64,000 bases of DNA from a virus (lineage: Duplodnaviria; Caudoviricetes): positions 32,001-96,000 of IMG/VR virus record IMGVR_UViG_3300037067_019009; one strand, given 5' to 3'. Shown one piece after another: positions 57,176 through 64,000 of this stretch. Both the position numbers and the translations under genes were made by a program. The stretch's first letter is position 1, and every line of letters begins with the position of its first letter. The notes beneath the pieces were generated by a model that ran no database searches, was not told the origin of the DNA, and saw only the letters and a list, made by a program, of their open reading frames with translations.

Positions 57176-57538
57176 CTAGACATACTTATTATAATTTGAC
57201 CCCCACCCACTACCGGCCTTAGTGACGCTATAGTGGTGCAGTACCTCCAGTGGGGCCTTACAGCAGGGACAAAGAATGTATTCTGTCCCAGTATTAGCTT
57301 CTGGTACGATCTTACCACCACAACAAGGACAAGTCTCCAGTGAGATCTTCTCACTACAACGAGGGCATCTGGCTGCGGTGGTATCGGCGCTCTTTGGTTT
57401 TCTGCCCAACTGGACGAAGATCCATGTAGAGAACCAAAGTGCCAGGGCTGCCACTGCGATCACTAACAAATACCCAAGCAGAGGTAGAATAGCAGTAGCC
57501 ACTATAATGATGACTAAGGCGTAAAACAAAAACCTCAT
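57176..57538 (-). CDS. membrane-anchored zinc-ribbon protein
   Basis: 2 TM segments then CPRC/CPCC/CPCC. Confidence 0.6.
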   Translation of the reverse strand: MRFLFYALVIIIVATAILPLLGYLLVIAVAALALWFSTWIFVQLGRKPKSADTTAARCPRCSEKISLETCPCCGGKIVPEANTGTEYILCPCCKAPLEVLHHYSVTKAGSGWGSNYNKYV

Positions 57539-57539
57539 A

Positions 57540-58367
57540 TTATAAAGTCTTGGCAAGTTTATCTAACACTTCGAGCTCGATTGGCTCTTTCTTGGACTCC
57601 TCGCCACCCTCCTCCCTCAACGTCAGAAAACCATTCGGTAGTCCCGTTTCTTCCACCAAGGCTATATACTCAGTCAACGGCATCTGAAGGCTGGAGATAA
57701 CGACTGAGGCAGATTGTACCTTAGTCCCTATAAGCTCCGCAAGCTTCTCGGCGGTAGGACCGTACGCTACCACCTCTTTCCCTGACGCCTGCATTACCAA
57801 CACAATATCCGGGACCCGCATCTGAACCCTGAGGTAATCACTTATAGAGATCACCCTATCCGATGACATAACATTACTCCTTTCACTTTTGCTAGCTATA
57901 TAGGCTTCTATCTCAGTAGTCTTATCCATCTTCTCCATGCTCTCTCGCAGAGCTTGAAGCATAAGCTTATACACTATTGGATTGGGATTCGGCTCCGACT
58001 CCATATCCAGAGGCGTTATTCCCATACCCGCCTCGGCTATGGCTTTCGTTACCGCCGTTGCGCGTGATTTACCATTCGGAGAACTAACAAGTAAGTAGTC
58101 TGCTTTAGCCGCAAGTGCCGTGCGTATATGTATCGCCATTCTCTCAGCGACAGCCACAGACATAGCTACCTTGCTCTCTTGCTGAGTATATGCCTCAGCA
58201 TTTGAAAACATGGCAAATGCCGTCTGTCTTACAGCCGCCCAGTTAGCATCAGGAATCTTAGAACCTGGGTCTTCTATCAATAGCACCCAGATACCCCCAC
58301 TAATCGTGGAGGACTCCTCGCTGAGCAGCCATACAAGGTCGGCATGACTCATGCTAAGAACTTCCAT
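57540..58367 (-). CDS. degenerate protein tyrosine phosphatase-like domain + MutS-I-like domain
   Basis: LLVSSPNGKSRATAV (CX5R with C>S), PNPIVY; C-terminal AYGPTAEKLAELIG. Confidence 0.5.
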   Translation of the reverse strand: MEVLSMSHADLVWLLSEESSTISGGIWVLLIEDPGSKIPDANWAAVRQTAFAMFSNAEAYTQQESKVAMSVAVAERMAIHIRTALAAKADYLLVSSPNGKSRATAVTKAIAEAGMGITPLDMESEPNPNPIVYKLMLQALRESMEKMDKTTEIEAYIASKSERSNVMSSDRVISISDYLRVQMRVPDIVLVMQASGKEVVAYGPTAEKLAELIGTKVQSASVVISSLQMPLTEYIALVEETGLPNGFLTLREEGGEESKKEPIELEVLDKLAKTL

Positions 58368-58953
58368 TTCTAGCCTCCATTATCTGGCGGATCTCAGACT
58401 CCGATAATGGCGTAAACATCTCAGCCTTACCGATGAACTCTGACCCATCGTCTTTATCTATCAACCAGAAATATCCATCCTCGCGGGTTTCTGTCACCTC
58501 GACCAGCCTAGCCTTAGGCCAGCCAGGTTCCTTATACAGCCCATAAGCCGAGGGGACTGCTTCATTGGAAGACGATACTAGTGCCTCGCCAAGAGTCTTC
58601 GCCTCTTCCGTCGGCATGATATAATTAGCTATGCAGGTATCACCGCGCATCACATTGACCCCGACATCACCACTGTCCTCGGTGTAAGGAACGAGGTGGA
58701 TATCCTCATCTCTATTAAGCTGTGCCTCTATCCCAGGAAACAGCGCACGACCCATCTCGGACGCCACATCACTCGGCTGCGTCAATATAAACTGGATCTG
58801 CCCGGACGCCAGCTGCCGGAACGTCAAAACTTGTATGGGTGTCTCACACCAGGACACCAACGCCTGTATTAGATGCGCTCTTTCCTCCGGGGATAAATGA
58901 ATCCCAATCACGGGGTACACCCCGTCCCTTGCCTCCAATGTCCTGACCTCCAT
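58354..58953 (-). CDS. hypothetical protein
   Basis: packed ORF. Confidence 0.6.
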   Translation of the reverse strand: MEVRTLEARDGVYPVIGIHLSPEERAHLIQALVSWCETPIQVLTFRQLASGQIQFILTQPSDVASEMGRALFPGIEAQLNRDEDIHLVPYTEDSGDVGVNVMRGDTCIANYIMPTEEAKTLGEALVSSSNEAVPSAYGLYKEPGWPKARLVEVTETREDGYFWLIDKDDGSEFIGKAEMFTPLSESEIRQIMEARNGSS

Positions 58954-59015
58954 TGATTATTTCGTTCGCTTGCCTATTGTAGCATTTATAAGCTCAGCCG
59001 CCGCAAGCAAGCAGG

Positions 59016-59285
59016 CTACAAATTAGAAATAAGATCGCCCCAGTCAACACCCGAATCCACTATAGGCATATCTGATAATACCAAAGCGTCCAAACCATGC
59101 TTCCATCTAGTCGGTGTAAGCAAACTGAAGTAGTTATAAGCAGGCATGAGCTGTTTATCTTCAAATATGACTACATCTCCAGGCTTCACGTAATGTACGT
59201 TCTGTGCAGTTCGTGGAGAAATGACAAGCTGCTGTGGAAAAAACAAACCGTTACTATCTCTAAGAGCTATATAATAAGTCAACAT
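59016..59285 (-). CDS. hypothetical protein
   Basis: GGAAGG RBS. Confidence 0.55.
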   Translation of the reverse strand: MLTYYIALRDSNGLFFPQQLVISPRTAQNVHYVKPGDVVIFEDKQLMPAYNYFSLLTPTRWKHGLDALVLSDMPIVDSGVDWGDLISNL

Positions 59286-59317
59286 TTGTTTACCTTCCGG
59301 GTGCTATGGGTATAACG

Positions 59318-59350
59318 AAGACAAACACCCCCGAACCCACTCGGGGGTGC
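59318..59350 (-). terminator. terminator closing the Ubl operon
   Basis: GCACCCCCGA-GUGGGU-UCGGGGGUGU-UUGUCUU. Confidence 0.65.
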
Positions 59351-59403
59351 ATATTACTCCATATTAAGTTTTATATTATGTTGTATATTTAGTCAGGGGT
59401 TTC

Positions 59404-59619
59404 CTAGCAGGCGCCCTTGACTTTTTTTGCCGCGACGATTGTATCACCATTGCGCACCTGAACCACTTCTTCGTCTGCGACTGGTTCGCCGTTCAGCTTC
59501 AAGTCGTAGCCACCCCAGTCGAATCCGGCTGAGTTCAGCGCGTCCGCGACAGTCATCCCCTCCTCGGGCTCAACGTCGTAGACGGAGTTCTCCGCCCCGA
59601 TTGCAGCGATTGTAATCAT
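59404..59619 (-). CDS. ubiquitin-like (beta-grasp, ThiS/MoaD-like) protein
   Basis: 71 aa; EGMTVADAL...LNGEPV...VRNGDTI...KKVKGAC; GAGGAGG RBS. Confidence 0.88.
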   Translation of the reverse strand: MITIAAIGAENSVYDVEPEEGMTVADALNSAGFDWGGYDLKLNGEPVADEEVVQVRNGDTIVAAKKVKGAC

Positions 59620-59657
59620 AGTTTTTCCTCCTCGTAACATTAGCTAACGTTATAGCC

Positions 59658-60329
59658 TCAGAACTTACTCGAGACTATGAGTGGCGGCGACGCGGAAAGG
59701 AGTAGTTCGTTTTCCACGCTACTCCCTTTGAGCCACCGCATAAGTTGCCATGTGGCATAGCTTACCACAAGAGCAGCAGTAGGGGCTATAGATATTACCG
59801 CCCCACAGGCTGAAGTCTCAGCCTCATCGTCAGAGCATAGCGTTTTTTCCCACGCACTACACTCTGATAGCGAATTAGGATTGAAGGCATAGACACGCCC
59901 AATCATCGCACCCATCCTAGTTTCTATCACCAGTTTGGTTGACACGGACATCTTCAGGGACGATTCATATATCCCTCTACGTCCAGAGTTACCATCCATA
60001 GAATCGATGGCCAGGAAGACTACCTCCCCAAATGTATTGGGGCCTTCTACCTTCTCAAACCTACTCTCTATCTCGACACCCGACCCCCGATAAACCATAT
60101 CCTTAACGGCTTCCACCTTAGGGATCCCGACGTGTTCCAGCATGAACATCTGGTTCGGCAGGTTATGGTCCTCAACAATATCATGGTCCCAGACACGGAT
60201 CTTAGTTGCTCCGACTTTGGCTAACTGCCAACAAAGGCCGGAACCAATAGCGCCTGCCCCCACTACATCGATCCTTACATTGCGGATGAGTGAGGGATTA
60301 AAAACTTCTTGCTGTCGCATGAATTCCAT
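59658..60329 (-). CDS. E1-like ThiF/MoeB adenylyltransferase
   Basis: R near the N-terminus, VVGAGAIGS, WDHDIVEDHNLPNQ, PKVEA, AIDS, ETRMG, putative catalytic SACG. Confidence 0.93.
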   Translation of the reverse strand: MEFMRQQEVFNPSLIRNVRIDVVGAGAIGSGLCWQLAKVGATKIRVWDHDIVEDHNLPNQMFMLEHVGIPKVEAVKDMVYRGSGVEIESRFEKVEGPNTFGEVVFLAIDSMDGNSGRRGIYESSLKMSVSTKLVIETRMGAMIGRVYAFNPNSLSECSAWEKTLCSDDEAETSACGAVISIAPTAALVVSYATWQLMRWLKGSSVENELLLSASPPLIVSSKF

Positions 60330-60337
60330 AAATGCTA

Positions 60338-61192
60338 CTACCTCTTAGGCAATTTCTGCTGGTTAATGACATCTTCTACGCTTTCCGAGTCACCACCAAC
60401 CAGCGGCACCGACGACTGTACTGCCGAACCGGATGGTCGCCCTAACAGCGACCGCACTACATCAGGGCTGAGAGGATCGTCATAACCGTCCTCACCTGGC
60501 TGATAATCAGTATCATCGTACGTAGCTTTACTGCTCCTATTACCATTAAAGTAGCCACCACGATAACTATCAGCTCTGGCTGGAGCCTTCTTAACTTTCT
60601 CGGAGACTTCCTTTGCCAACCCCTCCTTATCTAGCATTTCAGGTAGATAGGGAAACCACCTTACATCTCGGAAAATGAGATTATCCGAGGCCCTGTATAC
60701 TGTCCACTCCATATGCCCTTTCTTGTTGCAGATGAGCCGTATGGAGAATGGCTTACCGGTGGCTATGAACTCCGAAAACGTCTTGCAGTCCTCAGCGCTG
60801 GGGTTGGTAGACATGTCCACATGGCTGTGCCCCCATCCCCTAAGCTTAAGTATTATGTCACGCCCTCCAGGGGTGCTAAGCAGCTCCTCCGCCAAAGCGA
60901 CCTGCCCATCCGTGGTATGCTCCACCTCAGCCGGTCCCGCCTCCTGTCCGACTAGGAAGGCACCGGTTATTATATAATCGGTCCCCGCCTCCTCCACTGA
61001 GCAGTACCATGAAACCTCCTCGTCAGCTAGCTCGACAATGGCTCCCATCTTTACTAAGGCCTCTGGCTTTACGAAGATTCTAGGCGTGTCTCCAGAGTAT
61101 AGAATCTCCGTTTTGGCTTCGTGTGGAATAAACGTGATCGGGTCGTAGTCTACTCTCAACTCTTTCTCCACCTGATTGAATCTAGTCTTCAT
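60338..61192 (-). CDS. JAB/MPN+ metallo-isopeptidase
   Basis: upstream Glu (EEVSW) and HSHVDMSTNPSAED = HxH-x7-S-x2-D. Confidence 0.88.
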   Translation of the reverse strand: MKTRFNQVEKELRVDYDPITFIPHEAKTEILYSGDTPRIFVKPEALVKMGAIVELADEEVSWYCSVEEAGTDYIITGAFLVGQEAGPAEVEHTTDGQVALAEELLSTPGGRDIILKLRGWGHSHVDMSTNPSAEDCKTFSEFIATGKPFSIRLICNKKGHMEWTVYRASDNLIFRDVRWFPYLPEMLDKEGLAKEVSEKVKKAPARADSYRGGYFNGNRSSKATYDDTDYQPGEDGYDDPLSPDVVRSLLGRPSGSAVQSSVPLVGGDSESVEDVINQQKLPKR

Positions 61193-62666
61193 CTTCTTCA
61201 TCTTCTTCGTTTTCCTCTTCGTCCTCTTCATCGTCCTCGTCTTCCGCGTCTAGATCTTCGCCATCCCACTCTATAAGCTCCCCAGTATCAGTGACTCTCG
61301 GCCAGCGATTAACGTACTGCCCGGCATCGTCAGACACATTGACCGACGATAGAAAACTTATCAGTAGAGATACCAGCACCGCGTCCTCTCTGGAAGCCAT
61401 CAGCTCCGAAACGGATATTTCTATATTGCCGAAGCAAGCATCCCCGTCAAGAAAGACATGTGGCGCCTGACATGGACTACTTTGATAAGCTCTGACCTGT
61501 CGATCCTTATTATAGAACCGGATCGGACCCTCATCATAATAATCTATCACTATCGTAAACCGCCCGAGCTCATGTGTATAACCAGTTCTTACGTCCTTTA
61601 CCCTGATGGTGTCGGTATGCACCATTAGGACATCTCCAATATAGAAGGCTGATTTCACTCCAGCTATCCGATGGATCTTATCAATCATCGAAATGGTTCG
61701 GTCGGTACCTTCCAATACTCTCTTATACAGCGAAGCCAGTTCCTTCTCCGCTTGTATTCTGTTCGAGACTATTCGTATATAGCGCTCTTTGCATGACCGT
61801 TCCTCTCTTTTGTGGGCCTCTGCTACCTCTATCGCGTGTTGCACTGAGTAAGACATTCTCTTAGTTTCCAGTGCCTTGAGCCACTCCTCCGAGGGAGCAA
61901 ACATACGCTCACATAACTTCTTGAACAGCTCTAATTTATCTCTCTTCTTTGCCATATGCTCGGCTAAGGCCAGGATAAACTCCATATAAAGGGGTATTAC
62001 CACAGCTGTGGTCCCGCAAAGTAGGTTGAGATGTACCATACACGCATTTTGGTATATATCCGCCACTATATCAGGTTCATCGGAGTCCGAGTCACTCCAG
62101 AGGTGCTCCACACCCTTATCAGTATCCGCGGAAAACGCTCTAGTGTCTTGCGGAATCATGCCCCAGACAGCATTATCAATGATCCTACATGGACGCTGAA
62201 ACACACTGTTACACTCCAAAAGCCCAGTGCCTATATGGACGACAAACTTTCCTCTATGCTGCAGATCGTTCCTCGGAACTGCACATTCCATATTCCAGTT
62301 GGAGATAACTACAGACTGCTCTACAATAGGCGCAAGTATAGCAGACGTCAGCGTTTTCACGACTACTTCTACCGAGTCGGGTAAGCTCCGTGTTATATAT
62401 GTCTCGTACTCCTGGACATCCGCCTCTCCAGCTGAGCTGTTAGGGATCGCTCTATAGTGAGCCCTCACCAGCCTCTCATAATCTGGAATAGGGGTACACT
62501 CTACAAACTCATTGGACGTCGCCACCATAAGTTTTCTCACATCCTCCATAGTGCGCATCAACACCCCATCAGTTGTTGAGCCATCCTCATTACCGATTGA
62601 CCAAAGTAGCCCCTGTAGACCTATCCTCAATACATCGGACTTATCTATTCCCGGCACAAATATCAT
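61182..62666 (-). CDS. coiled-coil protein with C-terminal prokaryotic E2-like (UBC-fold) domain
   Basis: LGRFTIVI...APHVFLDGDACFGN..helix..FL matches the HPH/HPN-x-G-x-C E2 pattern; acidic tail. Confidence 0.72.
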   Translation of the reverse strand: MIFVPGIDKSDVLRIGLQGLLWSIGNEDGSTTDGVLMRTMEDVRKLMVATSNEFVECTPIPDYERLVRAHYRAIPNSSAGEADVQEYETYITRSLPDSVEVVVKTLTSAILAPIVEQSVVISNWNMECAVPRNDLQHRGKFVVHIGTGLLECNSVFQRPCRIIDNAVWGMIPQDTRAFSADTDKGVEHLWSDSDSDEPDIVADIYQNACMVHLNLLCGTTAVVIPLYMEFILALAEHMAKKRDKLELFKKLCERMFAPSEEWLKALETKRMSYSVQHAIEVAEAHKREERSCKERYIRIVSNRIQAEKELASLYKRVLEGTDRTISMIDKIHRIAGVKSAFYIGDVLMVHTDTIRVKDVRTGYTHELGRFTIVIDYYDEGPIRFYNKDRQVRAYQSSPCQAPHVFLDGDACFGNIEISVSELMASREDAVLVSLLISFLSSVNVSDDAGQYVNRWPRVTDTGELIEWDGEDLDAEDEDDEEDEEENEEDEEDED

Positions 62667-62690
62667 TATATTACCATCCTTTCTGAACCA

Positions 62691-63227
62691 CTATTCGCTT
62701 AAATCTACGAGCATAACATCTGTAGTTCCAGACATCAGTAAACGAACAGGTATGCCTAGCTTACTGGTTATAGATTTAACCAATCCGATTGTCTTATGTG
62801 GGTACATGGCTGCACCCTGCCCTAAAACAAAACTTCTATCCCCAATATCAACCATAGATACCACGCGCTGCAAAGAATCAGAGCCAACCAATCCATCGTA
62901 GCTAAACAGATCATCTACAGAAATACTGCCTTTAGTAGTGACATATAACCATACCTCAACTACATCTTTCCCCACCAAAGCGAAGTATTTTCCAGCGTAC
63001 TCCGCTATTACTATGGGGTGTCCGACCATTGCCTCACATACCTTTTGGGGTCTCTCTCCAAGACCAACGAGCGCTAACTTATTGGCGTTATCAGACAGAT
63101 TTACAGGACACAGAACCCCACCAGTTACGCCAGAATATACATAAGTAAATACAGAACTTCCTTTGCCTGGTTTTATAATCTCCGGGATATCTGTTATCTC
63201 AAAAGATTGCCATTTATTATTGCTCAT
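62691..63227 (-). CDS. hypothetical protein
   Basis: GGAGG RBS. Confidence 0.6.
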   Translation of the reverse strand: MSNNKWQSFEITDIPEIIKPGKGSSVFTYVYSGVTGGVLCPVNLSDNANKLALVGLGERPQKVCEAMVGHPIVIAEYAGKYFALVGKDVVEVWLYVTTKGSISVDDLFSYDGLVGSDSLQRVVSMVDIGDRSFVLGQGAAMYPHKTIGLVKSITSKLGIPVRLLMSGTTDVMLVDLSE

Positions 63228-63235
63228 TACTGGCT

Positions 63236-63598
63236 TTAACCTCCATAGCTACCAGTTACATATGTAACATAATACGTGCAATCGACATGCCAAGGATAAA
63301 CCATTACCAAAGCATCGTTATAGATACCATGTACATCAAACAAGGGATCTATAGATTTAAATTCCACAGTCTCGCATACTACTCCCGGAAGATAGCTTTC
63401 TTGATCACTATAAAACCTCGAATCCAGAACCGCTTCCGGCTTTCCGCGAACGATCAGATAGAAATCTACGTCGGCTTCCTGGTTAGTGAACCTTACTGTC
63501 GTTCCAGCAGGCAGATGCTGAAACGCCTCCCAAGATATTCTGTACGGAAACTTCTTGTATCTATCTGGAACAATCTTATAATCCTCGTTATGAGCCAC
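63236..63598 (-). CDS. hypothetical protein
   Basis: AAGGTG RBS. Confidence 0.6.
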   Translation of the reverse strand: MAHNEDYKIVPDRYKKFPYRISWEAFQHLPAGTTVRFTNQEADVDFYLIVRGKPEAVLDSRFYSDQESYLPGVVCETVEFKSIDPLFDVHGIYNDALVMVYPWHVDCTYYVTYVTGSYGG

Positions 63599-63777
63599 GG
63601 CTTATCACCTTTCTTGCTATGACTGTATCTTTATCAGACACTAGAAGCAATCTTTTAACTTCTTCCACTCCCGTAAACCACAAAAAACTGGGTGTAATTA
63701 AGATAAGACAGCCAAGCAAGTTAGTGCCTTCAATACTTTATATTCATCCACCAACTTTTCCTCGCTTCACCTACTAA

Positions 63778-63975
63778 CTAGCCTACCTGCGTCCAGCCGT
63801 GTTCCCTGGCATAGTTATCCAGAGCCTCTTGCACTGCATGGAACCCACGCTTGTCTTTACCTATTCTTATCGGAAAAGTGTTATTACAGCATGGACAACA
63901 CTTCCACACTTTATAGGTGTCATCCAAATCTCTACCGACTGTATATTTGTAACCCTCGTCATCCTTCCACGACAT
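63778..63975 (-). CDS. hypothetical protein
   Basis: GAGGAGG RBS; LDNYAREHGW. Confidence 0.6.
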   Translation of the reverse strand: MSWKDDEGYKYTVGRDLDDTYKVWKCCPCCNNTFPIRIGKDKRGFHAVQEALDNYAREHGWTQVG

Positions 63976-64000
63976 CCCACAAACCTCCTCACCATGTCTC

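Noticed and set aside
59404-60329. ThiS/ThiF or MoaD/MoeB cofactor biosynthesis
   Set aside because: No thiamine or Moco genes nearby, the Ubl lacks a terminal GG, and an E2-like gene with Cys is adjacent. Disfavoured, not excluded.

Overview
This is a 64 kb slice of a large (probably jumbo) bacteriophage genome. Genes are densely packed, essentially all on the minus strand, with GGAGG ribosome binding sites and the standard genetic code. No virion structural genes are present, so this is an early/middle region. Replication and recombination genes: UvrD/PcrA helicase, primase-like protein, RecA, SSB, Cas4-like and resolvase-like nucleases, HIRAN, UDG. Nucleotide metabolism: NrdD/NrdG, dCMP deaminase, dNMP kinase, nucleoside hydrolase. 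Translation, RNA repair and counter-defence: 3 tRNAs, Rnl2-type ligase, GGQ release-factor domain, metallophosphoesterase, HD hydrolase, nucleotidyltransferase. It also carries GroEL, a sigma factor and over 80 small hypothetical proteins. Main candidates for novelty: (1) a complete phage-encoded ubiquitin-like conjugation operon, E2-like > JAB > E1 > Ubl (59.4-62.7 kb), plus a catalytically dead JAB paralog at 54.6 kb; (2) five paralogous 'SxVDxITNSS(T/S)' proteins, two of them in a translationally coupled operon with a methyltransferase and a radical SAM enzyme, behind a ~500 nt structured non-coding region; (3) a phage PEP-CTERM surface protein and a GC-mosaic groEL, which point to an anaerobic, possibly Armatimonadota-like host (inference). 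All functional calls come from motif recognition by eye; no database searches were run.
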